Assembly: GCA_030704615.1 (NCBI GenBank)
Contig: CM060734.1
Coordinates: 43,710,001 to 43,774,000, forward strand
Direction: 5' to 3'
Source of the DNA: Takakia lepidozioides
Taxonomy: Eukaryota > Plantae > Bryophyta
Length of the DNA stretch: 64,000 nt
Positions within the stretch are counted from its first letter, which is position 1, and each line of letters starts with the position of its first letter. The position numbers and the translations under genes are program-made. Under the pieces are notes generated by a model. It worked only from the letters and a program-made list of their open reading frames with translations. It did no database searches and was not told the DNA's origin. Shown piece by piece: positions 27,101 to 40,421 of this stretch.

Positions 27101-30100
27101 ATGCTACGACAGAAGCTGGTCTGTTTTTCATATGACAACTTTTCTAGGTGGAAACGAAGGCAAGCAATAGAGGCCCAGTGTAAGGGGGGACAGGAGATTC
27201 TGGGGGAAGGAGAGAGGAAGATGGGGGGGTGAGCACAACTGGGTCTTAGGAGCAGAGGTCAGTTGTGCTGGGAGGAACTTAATGTGTAGTTGCCAGAGGT
27301 AGCCAGATGTTGATTTATGATCCCGCGAGGTCTTCCGATCGCTGTCTGGTTTGAGGTCATGTATACATTTGAGTTGGTTGGAATGAATTCCTTGTGACAT
27401 AGGCATATCCTTTCAAAGTGCTGATGTAAGTTGCGTTTGTTGGTCAAGCCCATGTTGGTAGCTCAAGTAAGCTACATAGAACTCATCTAAAAAACTTTCT
27501 GTGGCCTTGTTGGTGTGAGAAGGTGAGGCTGACCATCCCACCCCTTAAGGTGACTAGAGCTGAGAATGTGCAGACAAATGTGCAGGTTGAGTTCCTGGAA
27601 TCAGATGTTTCCATATACAAGTCTGTGCATAGGTGGATTGAAGATGTGGTCTTGGAGCTGAAATCAATTCCTTGAAATAAGATTTGCTTAGATGTTGAAG
27701 ACATCTGTCAGTTTTGTTGCAGGAGTTGTGGGAGGAAAATCTGAGTGCGGCAGTGACCCTTCAAATCCTGGAGATTCTTGAGAAGTTTATGGATGCTGCA
27801 GCTGTCCACACTGTTGCCACAGATTATGTGAAGTTGGATTGTATCACGACTATATTTACAGGATTTTTGGGCCGCAGCCAGCCCTTACCCTTCTGGAAGG
27901 CCTTTTTACCAGTGTTCAACAACTTGTTTAGTCGTCATGGGGCTACTCTGATGGGCCGGGAAAATGACCGGTTCCTCAAGCAGGTGGCTTTCCACTTACT
28001 ACGGCTTGCAGTTTTTCGAAATGAGTCAATACGGAAGAGGGCTGTTGTAGGCCTACAGATCCTTGCCCGAGTAAGATGATTCTCCTGCTGATGTTCTTGA
28101 GTTTATTCATTCTTTCTGTTTTGCTTCATGTCTGTATGTTTCGTGAGAAGTTCATTTGCTGCTTTGTTTATTTTCTTGTCCTTGGCAATTGAGGTGCGCC
28201 ACCATAAGTGGTAGTAGCAGGACTTGAGTAAAGGGGGAACGACAAGACCAAGAAGGCACACTTTGTCTGGGGTATTATTGCCAAGAATAGGGAAGTAGCT
28301 CATTCATTCTTTGACCTCCAGCCATATAATTTTGGGATGTGTGTGTGGTTTCCTTTTGTATCAGAATGCATTCCATCACTTTGGAAGCATCGCCAGGCTG
28401 CGGGTGATGCTTACCATAACTCTGTCGGAGCTTATGTCAGATGTCCAAGTAACACAGCGACGGATGGATGGAAGTTTGGAGGAGAGTGGGGAAGCCCAGC
28501 GCCTCCGTAAGTCACTTCAACAGGTTGCTGAAGAGAGTATCAGTCTTGATCTTCTCCAGGAGTGTGGACTCCCTGAAAACACTTTGGAAGCAATTCCAGA
28601 AAATACATGTGAAAATCGGTGGCACTGGCCAGCAGTGACTGACCTGGCCACGACTCTGCTTCGTGCTGTTGATGCTGCTATTGAGCACGCTCTTCTGGTG
28701 CTGGTCTCCCCACTGTAAATGTGTCCAATTTTCTTGCCGTCATATTTTTGCATTTTCTTACAGACTGATAACAACCCATCTTTGGGGGTGGCGTATAAAA
28801 ACCAGTCTTCTGTTGCTTGTTGTCCTGTCTGCGGGTTCTAACTTAAAAGTGGAGTTAGGCTGGTTTGTTCCTTTAGGGAAGCATGTAGATCTGTCATATG
28901 CTGTCAGATCATCCTATGCTGGTTTCTTCTGGAGTTCATCTTTCCTTGATGAGCAATGGTTTCCTCCCCTGATGTGCCGGCATCCGTGTTCCTTATGAGA
29001 AGGAAGGAGAGTGGAGGTTGGAGGATTCTTTTCTTCAGGGAATGTGCTTGCAGGTGAACTGTCTTTGACATATAAAATTTCAACACACTCACAAACGCTT
29101 GTGGCTTGGCCAGGGTCCGTCAATGATCAGTAGTGATAAGTATGCGACAGCAGAGGCTTACCATGGTCTGGCCTGGGCTTATGCACTCGTACCAGATCTA
29201 CACATTATGTGGCTGTTGTATCTCTGTGAGGTACATCAAGGGAATCAGTCGTGGGCGGAAGCCGCCCAGTGTGCTGTTGCTGTGGCAGGGGTTATCATGC
29301 AGGTAGTCTGTAATGCGGATAGACTATTTCTATGATGGCTGGCTATACTTCAAACTCAAAATCTTGTTGTATGTGATGTTTTGATCTGATGCTAATTCCC
29401 TCTTAACATTTCGTTTGTGGCTTGCTCTGGTTTGGATAGTTCGTGCCATTGGAAAACAAGTGTTGAGCTTGAGAGGTTGTGGATTGCAGGCACTAGTGGG
29501 GAAGAATGATGCTGTGTGGGGCAAAGAACACATGGAATCCCTGCGTAGAATTTGCCCGATGCTCAGTGTTGCTGTTTTGGGTGAAGCAGCTGCTGCAGAA
29601 GTTGAAGGGTACGGATCATCTAAGCTGACTGTTGAATCGGCTGTAAAGTATCTTCAGCTGGCAAACAAACTTTTTGTACAGGCAGAGCTTTTCCACTTCT
29701 GTGCAGGCATTTTGGAGCTAATTATTCCTGTTCACAAATCACGGCGGGCATATGGACAACTGTCTAAGTGCCATACGTCATTAACGAGTATCTACGAATC
29801 CATACTGGAGCAGGAATCAAGCCCAATTCCCTTCACAGATGCAACGTATTACCGAGTGGGTTTCTACGGCAGTCGTTTTGGTAAATTGGACTGCAAAGAA
29901 TATGTCTACAGGGAAGCACGCGACGTTCGGCTGGGGGATATTATGAAAAATCTGGGGAGTATCTATGAGTCTAGAGTAGTAGATGGCAAACAGACACTGC
30001 ACATTATTCCTGATTCTCGGCAGGTGAATGCTGGAGAGCTTCAGCCAGGTGTATGCTACTTGCAGATAACGTCAGTGGACCCAGTCATGGAAGACGAGGA

Positions 30101-30961
30101 TTTGGAGAGCCGACAAGAGAGACAGTCTGGCAGGGCGTCTGCAAGTGTTAGTGCCCGAGTATTTGATCGTTTCCTGTTTGATTCACCTTTTACCAAAAAT
30201 GGTCGATCTCAGGGGGGCCTAGAAGACCAATGGAAGCGGCGCACAGTACTGTGGACTGAGGGCCCATTCCCGGCACTGGTGAACAGACTGCTTGTTGTCA
30301 AGTCAGAATCGCGAGAGTTTTCACCGATTGAGAATGCCATTGGGATGATTGAGACTCGCACTGCGGCATTGTTAGGGGAGCTTGAAGAGCAGCGGAGCTC
30401 AGAAGGTGACCAGCTGCCACGATTACAAAGCCTGCAACGAATCTTGCAAGGAAGTGTTGCTGTGCAGGTATTTGGTTATATTTCTGAACGAACTTTAAGA
30501 CAGCTTTTCAATTCAACCTGATTTGTTCTGATCTAGTGAGCGTATTACTTTGGTGGGTGTAATTAAAACTCAAACTGTATGGTTCCTTGAGTATGTCCCT
30601 ATTGGCTTCATTTCCAGTTCCTTTTTCGGTGATGCAGAGAGCCAGAGATAGAAAGAAAATTGTCGGGGAAAGAATTGACCAAGTATGTCTCTGGTTTGTT
30701 GGACAGGTTAACAGTGGAGTATTAGGTGTATGCACTGCTTTCTTATCTGGGGAGCCTGCAACACGGTTGCGCTCGCAGGAGCTCCAGCAACTGATAGCGG
30801 CATTGTTGGAGTTCATGGCTGTGTGCAAGAAAGCTATCCGTGTGCACGCTCGGCTGATAGGAGAGGAGGACCAAGACTTCCACTCACAGCTTGTGAATGG
30901 TTTCCAGTCTCTTACTGCTGAACTTTCCCACTACATCCCTGCCATATTGTCTGAACTATGA
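15130..30961 (+). CDS. SPK1: SPIKE1-like DOCK-family guanine nucleotide exchange factor for ROP GTPases; ~30 coding exons
   Basis: Spliced translation matches plant SPK1 throughout (QRFRRIP..LDPL, WPHLKELVQSY..WVKDEGKYGHYE, HLTEKEKQKLQVW, DHR1/C2 region, DHR2 YYRVGFYG..GGLEDQWKRRTVL, C-terminus LSHYIPAILSEL*). Approximate exons: 15130-15213, 15532-15694, 16350-16495, 17061-17173, 17638-17696, 18103-18200, 18381-18518, 18751-19065, 19418-19708, 20099-20266, 21116-21307, 21552-21595, 21986-22058, 22522-22683, 22876-22983, 23204-23241, 23555-23699, 24079-24205, 24591-24784, 25017-25147, 25424-25499, 25954-26064, 26281-26463, 26639-26776, ~26936/26951-27118, 27723-28070, 28365-28697, 29114-29302, 29490-30467, 30707-30961. 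Confidence 0.96.
16563..16960 (+). repeat. Three tandem copies of the dispersed repeat, separated by (GA)n microsatellites, in SPK1 intron 3
   Basis: Units start AGAGAATGTACTC at ~16563, ~16693 and ~16857; GA runs at ~16683, ~16830 and ~16930. Confidence 0.85.
17980..18040 (-). repeat. Inverted copy of the same repeat core in SPK1 intron 5
   Basis: Reverse complement reads GGATGTACTCATAAGACGTTGTTTGCCGTAGCCTTGTGGCCCTTGACCCCGCGCCCAGTTT. Confidence 0.85.
24493..24572. repeat. 40-bp direct tandem duplication in an SPK1 intron
   Basis: CAGTTACTAAYAAGGTAWGTAAGTAGTCAAGAATAATRAC occurs twice. Confidence 0.85.
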
Positions 30962-32457
30962 TGAGAGAAGAGAGTGGGATAAGATTTGGTGTTCGTTAGA
31001 TGCCTCTGGGTCTGTAGGTGCGGAGATATTGTAGAACGATTCCTTTGATCATGTTATGATGTGTATACTTAGCTTGACCCTTCACGCATGGAAGCCGTCC
31101 TCCCTATCATGCTGTATTCTGAGGGAGCTGTTACAGTTAAGTGTCTTGCGAGCAGACAAGGCCCACATTTGCAGGTGTCACCCTCCCTTTCATCCTGCAA
31201 CATCCAGTTTAGTAGCCTAAGTAGTTTAGATGTGTTAGTTTACCTGGTCAGTGGTGTCCTTTTCCCCTTACACCGCCAAGGTTGGATCTGAGAGTTGGCA
31301 ATGGCAAATTGGGCCATTTGAGAACTGTAGTTCTTCATAGGGCAGCAACAGGAGTTATACAACTTAGCTGGGTCTTTGGGACCCTTCGAAATCAAATATC
31401 AGATGTAACATTTACCATTTTGAGAAGTCTTCACCAGTGGAAGAATGTTCCATACCTTCTGTAGGTGAGATTGTTTGCAGATTGAGTTTTGGGCATAACG
31501 ATGCATTTAGCCTCTCAATTCTGGACACACTGTTCAGTAGAGGGATTTGTTTTTGGGTTTTCTCCTAACCCCGATTGGGAGGGATTGGCACATGGAATGT
31601 TGGGAGGCTTCTTCTTTGGTAACAGTGGTGATGTTGTCAAGGACAGGAGAGGAGAGGAGCAAACTAGATTTCATAGGCATGGTGTGTTACCTGTTGTACT
31701 AACTGGGGCTATGCAATAAATGCATAAGACATGACCGAGGAGAAGGCTGAATATGTTCGGCAATTTCAAGGACCGTTCCCTGACAGGATGTGCGGTCAAC
31801 CTACTACAATGCTGGTTCGAGGTCCCTTCCTTCTGGACTTCTAATGCAATAAGCCATGACATGCCAGTGGTGTGCAATGCAGAAAGAGCAACTTACCTGG
31901 TCTTCATTTGCTGGAGTGCAGTGAAAAAAAACCATGCTCTCCTGGACTTTCATGGAATGCATCAAGAATACTATGACAAGTAGGATCGGACAAATTGCGG
32001 TCCTGATTGTAGTTCAAAACCTTTTAGCATGTCTCAGAGACCTGCTTTACCACACACCATTTTGTGGTTCTGGAAGGAAGAGGGAGTGAGGCCAAAGACT
32101 TTCTTACTCATAGCAGGAAAAGTAACTCAGGAAAGCTGCCGACAGGAGGTGTAGCAAAGGTATGTATCTACCTTGCATCAGGCTGGGCTGCACTGGTGAA
32201 TGCATGTAGGAATGACCTGTGTAAACGACTTATGTGAGATATAATGATCTTGTTCTCGATTGGTAAACATATAAGAACTTGGGATGAGCTTTAGGGTTGC
32301 TTTGTAGATTTCGAGTGTACAACATATCCATCATGGTGTCAATTAGTCATTCATGATCAAAGCCTGACCTGGGTTCAATGTCGCCAAGTAATAGAAGTGC
32401 CCAGGGGAGGCCCAGGTGGGCCGTTGCTGGGGGACCCACACAGGGCTGTCAGGGTAT

Positions 32458-35400
32458 TCAACTCCCCGGGCGACCCACCTTCCTTGGTCGCTTTGCCGAC
32501 CCGCGGTTCAATACATGAATGGCCGAATTACATGATCCCCAAAACCCATGCAGTCCACATGCATGCGTGCATCCTCATACCCATGCATCCACCCCATCCA
32601 TGTCCAACCCACACATGAACTGCACATGCCTCATTTATGGAAGGTATTTGAAATTCAAATTTCAAAATTGAAAATGCAAGAAGGCTGCGGTTGTTCCCGC
32701 CCTGACATCTGTACATTGAGGTGAAGAATTGGAATCTTGCATCTCACCGTCTTGCAAGCATGGCCACCGCCCCATTGCCAGATGTTGTTGTTCCTCGCTT
32801 GGTCGCATAATTGCGAATTGCCATGCAGACCCCTTCCCCAGGCACGTTCACACACCATGTATTGACGTGGAGGTCCCAATGGCATAGAGGTGCACCTGAC
32901 TATAGGACAGCTGATGTCACGTTCGTTCCATGGGATCGGGTTGATGACTTCATTGCAGGCGAGTCGGCTTGCTCAAATGCCCGTTGTAAGTTCACCAAAC
33001 AACAGCAATCTGACACCCATCAAGGTGCCCTGCATGCTCCACGGATCAACAGCTGCTTGCAAATGACAAGGTGATTATCTACAGTCCTTTCACGTATTTC
33101 TGCAATGGTTCGTGCATGTCAACAATGCATGTCCTTGAACCTCTGTCGTTTCTCTAATGCTATGCTCGTTTTTGCTTCAGGTACCATTACTCTTACAGTC
33201 CTACAAACCATTCCATGGGCGTTATGCAAATCAGAAAAGACAGGTGGCCCAAAAACAGAAACGACCTCCTCCGAAAAAACCACAACAACAGATGTCAACT
33301 GCGTCTACGTCTGGAACATCTGAACCAAAACCAAAGCAAAGAAGAATAACAGGGAAGAATGGAGGGGAGGGCATCAAACGTGGTTGTATATGCAAAATAG
33401 TGCTATCTTCATCCCGGAATCGCTATGTTGGTGTACTACCAGTAGAACCACGTCAATAGACATGGTGATCCTGTTCGCGGGCCTTCCTATGAGAAGTCGC
33501 GGCATGCTATTGCACCTCATCTTTGTAACGACATGAGAGCGTGGATCCTACACCAACTGCGCCTAGGTCTCTCTATTAACAAAATAATGGCGAACCACAC
33601 ACAAAAAGTGAAAGACATCATGGAAGGACGGGTTGGAGCTGGTTATTCGAGATACGTTCTTGTTGTCGCATGATATCAGAAACATTGCCAACAAATGCGA
33701 CGAGGAGCCTTTCAATAGACATCATAACGACGCTCGCACTGTCCGAATGTGGGTGGCTGAAAATCCGAACAGTGTCTTTTACTATCAAGAAGAACTTGTT
33801 CACCTGACCTGGACATCAAGTAAACGCAAGCTCGATCTATCATTTGTGTGAATGAAAAGAAGGTCGTGTATTGCTCCTTAACACTGTGGTTCCTGTTATG
33901 TAATCAAAGTTCTACTCCACTATTTAACTTGTGCATACCCTTCCCATCATCTTTCTCTCTCCACTTCTCCACACATGTACATCTCGACCTACTTGTGGCA
34001 TATATGACTCCATAATTGCATCTCTCAGTGACAAAAGGCATTAAATCAATCTATTGTATCTGAGTTCAGCCGCTCATGCTGCCAAACTTTGGATTCGAAC
34101 TTACGTTCCAAGAAATTATACATGGATCCATTATATGATGATTTGCCCAGCCCCGTCGTACTTGAACTCACAATTGCTCCCCTACTGTTACAGTATCCAT
34201 TATACACCATGATGGTCTTCGATCAGCGGCTGAATGGAATTCCAGTGGCATATGTTATTACTGCAACGAGTAAGACAACTGATCTGCTACCATGGATGTG
34301 CGCCTTGAACCAGCAAATGACCAATGCGCGGCCGCTTTGGCATCCAAATGCGTTTATTGTCGACGATGCAAATGCTGAGATAAACGCCATTAGGTCTGGG
34401 TCTACTACTTGGAATGGAATGTCAAATAACATGCACAAAACAGTTGTGGAATAATTGAACATGAACTGTTATGGAGCATCCATGATTTGTGTAGTCTATA
34501 CTTCATATAACCTTTTTTTCAGTATGTGCATATATTGGTTCACGTTGCTGACTATATTAATCAGGTCTGTTTGGGGATGCATGTGCTATTTTTTGTGCAT
34601 ATGGCATGTCCGAAGAGCCTGGTTAAAAATGTTGTGTCCAAGATAAAAGACCCTGCCAAACGCGTCGACGTTTTACATGACTTAGGGGAAATTATGTATG
34701 ATTCCAGAGGGGTTTCTGGTGATGCTGCCATTGCATGGGTTGTGTATAAGGTCATTGGCCTCTGGGAAAAGTATCCCACCTTAGAAGAATTTATCCATTA
34801 CCTAGAGACATATAATTGGCTATCAAAAGCAGACATGTGGATCATGGGTTCTCAAAAAATACCACATGCATCTCAAGACACAAACGCAACAATTCAGGCA
34901 TATCACGGCAATCTGAAAGCCCAACTTTAGAGCACAAAGAGCGTCCTCACCAGCCGCCGTGTTGATTGGCTAATCTCAGGGCTTGTTTGGGATGTTCTTA
35001 CTCATTTTGGGGGAAAGTGTTGAGCACCTCTGCATGAGTACAATGACACTTTCTGTGTGGTAAAGAGAACAACTTATGGATGTGGCGTTTCATTTTGCAG
35101 GCATGGTATGAAGTCGTGTTTCTGGACCATGCCTGATTCGGATGTTTTCGTGGCAATTCATACAAATCCTATTATGAAGATATGAAAATGATGTGTAAGC
35201 TGATCTTTCAATGGACATGTTGTTGTTGCAACTGTTTCTTTTATGAAAAGTTGCAGGTCGCCATCTATGTCTGCAGTGAAGTTGGCTTGGAGCAGTAGGG
35301 TAGGCCTCCATGTTTGGGGGGGATACATGTATGTAGGTTCTTCTCGTCGCATCTGGATAACAATGAATCCTTCTTGAGATTTTGGGGCTACTATTCAATA

Positions 35401-38268
35401 ACAAACACTTTGCTGATATGGGTTTTAGCAATTTTGTGATGTTTCATATTCATGTCCCCCACCGATGTACTTTTCATTCCACTGGTATTCTTTTCCGAAA
35501 TCCACATAACTGCAGTCCATGGAATGCCCCTTGTATGTATGGAGAGTTATCCATGTCGGACGAGCAGTCCAAATGCAATGCAGATAGTCCCATGTGTAAT
35601 GTGAAATCCATATGAGTATATCATTACATAAGAGTACGTGACCGATTTGAACATGAAAACAACCACACCAGAATCCTGTATTGCAATCATGTATGCGGTG
35701 TGGAAACACACAGAGACGTATGAGATAGCCCAACAACCTTTTTATTGAACATGTGTGAAGCACCCTTTTAGACTACAAATGGCTTCATGTCAATGAGGAC
35801 ACACTGAAATACAACTACAGAATAGAATGTGAGGAGCATGCTACTGTGGACTGACATCAAAGAACTACACAAGAAGAATGAACAGTGGGTAGTCGTCCTC
35901 GTCAGGCACAACAGTCTTGTTGACATTGGGCAGCCCATGTGGAGTGTGCCCTTTCAACTCCATTTCTACCATACGTAGCATTTCCAGCCTTTTGTGAAAA
36001 ACATCTTCCACATGAAACCACGTCTTGTCGAACTACGCATTGCAAACAAGCGGAAAGACAATTACTAGGAAATGAGGGCATAACACATATGAGATAGCCA
36101 AACTATAGCAGCAGAAATCCAGATGTCTTACCAGACCCGCCCCATTTGGACGGGGAGATCAACAAACGTTTCATGGAGGTAGTACATGTCAATGTAATGG
36201 GTGCAAAAGTAACCACATTCCCAATTCGAAGGCTGTTGGGGTACAAGAGGCCGCAACCACCGGGCTGAGGAACATGCCCACTTTCATTCAGGTGATGCAG
36301 GGAACATGTTGCGTAGTACTGCCCACAATTTGGCCACATCTTGGTGGAGGTTACAATCTTATATGAGTTCTAGATAGAGTTGAGGTGCAGGAATCTGTGA
36401 GCCTCTAGAATAAGCACGCTCCAGTGGGAACTACAAAACAACTTGTAATATGTGAGCATGTAAAAAACATGTATGTTGAGACATACACACTATAATGGAC
36501 GGAATAGGGACTTCATATGCAAAGTTGGAAACAACAAGGGGATGAAGTCTAGTACTCACTCATAAAAGACGGGCACAATAAGAGCATGAATGCCTGAAAC
36601 CATCAAATTCCGAAAACTTGTGCCCTCCTTCCATATTTTTATGGACTCACCTGTACTACCATACTTCTTACCCTGCTCTCGAAGTCCCATCCAAGTAAAG
36701 GAATGCAAAGCTACATATTTACACGTAACATGGTAGGGAATAGATAAGCCTTTCCAGGTAATCCAAAAAGCTATCATTCTAACACTACTCCAACCCCTTG
36801 GATCTTGAAGATTATCCATGTCTACCAGGCGCAAAGGCACCTGCTTAGCTGGCACATTTGTGAAGAACCACACATCAGTGCTTCTGTTACTGCCTTGTCC
36901 ATGCTGCCTCCTGCCAAACAAATACGGAATCCTCGAACTGCATGAATGTTTAATGGTTTTTGCCTTACAATGAATTGGTTGGTAATGCCAAAATTTAGTT
37001 GGACCAGATCTTTTATTCAGGCCCTCACAAGTCGGGAAAACACAGGTACCGTACATGATCCACCTAACACAACCGAACCACACCATTACATAGAAATGGT
37101 ATGTAAAGATTTGCATTTCAGCAGAAGAAGCTGATTACTAGTAAGAAGTTGTTCATTTGTGGCTCTGGCTGCGGTCCCTATACAATAACATGATCCAAAT
37201 TGTAGTACCATGTAAATGGAAAAAACGAGGGGAACTGATTGCGGTCAGTGAACTCACAGTATGTCCTCCATGACCTTATGCAAGCTGTGAACATAGAACG
37301 TGGACAAGAGCATTAGTTTGTTGCAATGAATGGATGTCCTTAACAGAATTAAGTCCACACACCAAAGAGCAAACTTAGGTGATGTAAATGAGAAAAGAAT
37401 TAGCACCTGCTACATGGTGGTTTTGTATTTCCGCCCCGATTCTTCTGTTCTTTAGTTTCCTATTTACTTCAGTGTGTGAACATTCAGTTTTTCTTATCTT
37501 TGTAAATAATGTGGCAGTAGATACATTTGAATGGTTTCTTGTGGTGATCACTAGGTTCTTGAACGCGGGCCTTGGAGTGCGCCTCGCAAATGAGGTCGTC
37601 CCACTCGCCAGTATCATGTTCCTCATGGTATTGGCGCCTATTCTCTGTCATTGTGCTTCGCTTCACCATAGTGATGAGGTAGTGAGGTCTGCAAAATGCA
37701 AACGCAAAGAATGGCGGTCATTACACACACATGTTGCAGCCCATATGTCCTCACAAAGCCAAATACATGGAGTTTGAATGCCTCGAACCCTAGATAATCC
37801 TGTGTTGTTGCTCCTGCTGTTGGTGTGTTGATCGTTGCTCGTATGATCACAAAACAAACATGTGAATCTGTTGCAAGTGTGTTTTCAGAAGCTTTGCGCC
37901 ACATCCGTGTAATTTAGTCGTCTTGCATGCTCTTGTGGAGGAGAATGATCGTAGGTGGCGTCGCTTCCAACTTTTGTCGATGGAGAGAATGTTGGTGGCC
38001 ATTGTCACGCTGTGAGAGCACGGCGGAAGTGGAGGATGCCAAGCGACTGGACAGAGACAGATTTAGACATTTCACACGTGGGTGCCATCCTGCAATTAAA
38101 AATTCAATCTAATCATATCTCATACTTATGTCATGTGCATGTATGCATGTGGTGGGCATGGGTGGCCGTGAGGCATGTGGAGGGCATGGGTTTTGGGGAT
38201 CATATAATTCGGGTATTCAAGTATTGAACGGTGGTCGACCGTGGAGGGTGGTTCGCCTAGGGAAGTGA
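32458..38268 (+). mobile_element. Decayed Mutator-like (MULE) DNA transposon with long imperfect TIRs
   Basis: Left GTTCAATACATGAATGGCCGAATTACATGATCCCCAAAACCCATGCAGTCCACATG (~32506-32561) matches the reverse complement of ~38173-38229, with weaker similarity extending to 32458/38268. An internal transposase pseudogene is present. No TSD identified. Confidence 0.75.
32811..35010 (+). pseudogene. MULE/SWIM-family transposase pseudogene (spliced, with frameshifts and stops)
   Basis: Motifs VPWDRVDDFIAGE, KRGC.C, YPLYTMMVFD..NGIPVAYVI, W.PNAFIVDDA.AEINAIR, LCIWHVRRAWLK, ASQDTNA.I.AYHGNLK and RRVDWLI, typical of plant MULE-derived SWIM proteins. Confidence 0.8.
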
Positions 38269-38294
38269 CAAGGCTTGCTGACATGAGGTTCATA

Positions 38295-39429
38295 TAGTGT
38301 TGGGCGGGAATATCAATATACTCTGATATACCCGCCGGGTATATCAGGGTATATTGATATATATATACCCTGGTGTGGCAAGTTTAGGTACCCGGATGTA
38401 TACCCGTATATCAGGGTATATTTTTATGATATACCCTTATCCTTATATTTACCTATATCAAGACGCTCAATATACCCTACTTTCCTGAAGGGTTAAAATG
38501 AAGGGTATATCTAATCAGGGTATATAAGGGCTTTTATGTGCCTTCATAGCCTTTATGTGCTAGGTCTTTCTCTTTTTTGTTGTGTTGTTAGGGAGCCTTG
38601 AGCTATAAGAAAGCTCCAATCACAGCTAAAACAAATGTTACATATATATCATTCTTTAAATGTCATATAACCCAAACAATACCTCTTCAGATCTCGCATA
38701 TATATATATATATATATAAGGAAACCTGACAGCCCACAATTTAGGTCCTTGAGGGGCTTTTATTTATTTAAGGAAATCTGGGAGCGACAGCCCACAATTC
38801 AAGCCCTTGAGGAGGGGGAAAGATTAACCCCATTTCATTTATGGGCCATGAGACCTACAGGACGATCAACACCCAAACATACCGTCACATGAACAATCCC
38901 ACAGACGGGGCAGGGCAGCGGGTTCGAACCCCGAACCACCTGAGTGACACACACTGTGCACTTACCAGCTGAGCTACCAACCGATGTGCTGTTTTTTTAA
39001 TCTCAAACCTCCTGCATCTTGCATTGGAAATTAACACCAAAATATTATGCACTATCTTATCAATTTTCTTTTACCATAGGATTTTTTTTTTAAATTTAAT
39101 TTTTACATATTGAAGAACATCTTGTGAGCAGTCGCTCCCAGGTTTCCTTTTTGAAAAAAAAAAAAAAACCATCATATATTCTTTAAAACCATTAAATTAT
39201 ATATTAATGGAAATAACTATCCATACCCGGAAACTGTTCATACCCTCAGGGTATATTTTGGCATATATATCCATACCCGGGGGTTATATAGAAATCTGAA
39301 AAGTTAATTTACCCATACCCGGAGGGTAAATAATTTTTTGAGATTTCAATTTATCCATAAATGATTTGACAAAAATAATTTACTTATACCCTAAGGGTAT
39401 ATTGAAATCAATATACCCGCACAACACTG
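38295..39429. mobile_element. Non-autonomous hAT-like element (MITE)
   Basis: TIRs TAGTGTTGGGCGGG and CCCGCACAACACTG; many subterminal ATATACCC/GGGTATAT motifs at both ends; AT-rich non-coding interior. Confidence 0.7.
38760..38986 (-). mobile_element. tRNA-derived SINE nested in the MITE
   Basis: Minus strand has a Pol III A box (GGTAGCTCAGCTGGTA) and B box (GGTTCGAACCC), then a body and a tail TGTGGGCTGTCGCTCCCAGATTTCCTT followed by A-rich sequence. The tail recurs at ~38718-38740 (minus) and 39123-39168 (plus, with poly-A). Confidence 0.7.
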
Positions 39430-40421
39430 GTATGAACATACCTCCGGTTTCTGGAGTCTGGACTCTTCCTTGATCTTCTCACAATGCGCTGGTCTCTTTG
39501 TTCAACTGGTATTCTCCTTCTCGATCCTCCTACTTCTTACCATAGCACCACCGCTGCTCTTTAGCGCGCGCTGATGCTAGCCCAAACTTTTCCTTTATGT
39601 AGGCTTTTCAAGCAAAACGTAGTGCATGTGTGGGGAGAACATCCATGTATGTAAGGAATATATCAAGAATATCCACAGACAGGCTAGCGGGATTCACATT
39701 TATGCGTCCACGCACAGCTGCCAATCATCCCAACTTTCCACAACACTGAAATGAAAGCAAGTAATAAATGGGTTGGAAGAGCGCTGCTTGCGTGGAGGAG
39801 GAATGATTGAGAGCTTCGTTGCATGTGTGCGCGAAAGCAGCAGCCACATGCCGCCTCCTCCTTCCTATCCACATGGCATTGACAAGTTCGCTAACCGCAC
39901 CAAACGGTCAAATCAAGACCTTCTGGTAGCTTATCTAGGGCTGTTCTCAGCACTGCTGTCTTGAAGTGGTGAACTGTTCTTGAATGAATTTGAAGCCAAA
40001 GCCTGGCTACTTCGAAAGTGGTTTGATGAATTTCAGGCTGGGTGAGAGAGAAGAGAGAGGGAGAAGTTGGGGTATGTGGAGATGCAAATTCGGTGACATT
40101 ATGGAAAGAGGAGGAGAAATTGGGTCTGGGAAACTTGAGGGGAGTGGAAAGAGAGAAGGGTAGGAGAGCGGGGTTGGTGGTTGCAAGTGTGGGCGCACCT
40201 CATGTGAGCAAACGTGACGGGGCGAGGCATTCGAGGTTGAATTGTAATCGGAGGCCTCCAATTTCCAGGAGCTTCGGACTGACAAGTGAGGAAACCACTT
40301 AATGTTGAAGATTCTCAGTTTTCAGTTGAGAAACTTAAGGTGAAGCGTGGTCACTGGTGGAGGCCCGAGGGTTAGGATGTGTCTTTGCACTAGCAGAATT
40401 GGGCTGGAGAGAGATTCTAAG

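Noticed and set aside
38915-38986. Functional tRNA gene
   Set aside because: A and B boxes are present, but acceptor and anticodon stems do not pair convincingly and the sequence continues into a repeated tail, so it is a SINE head.
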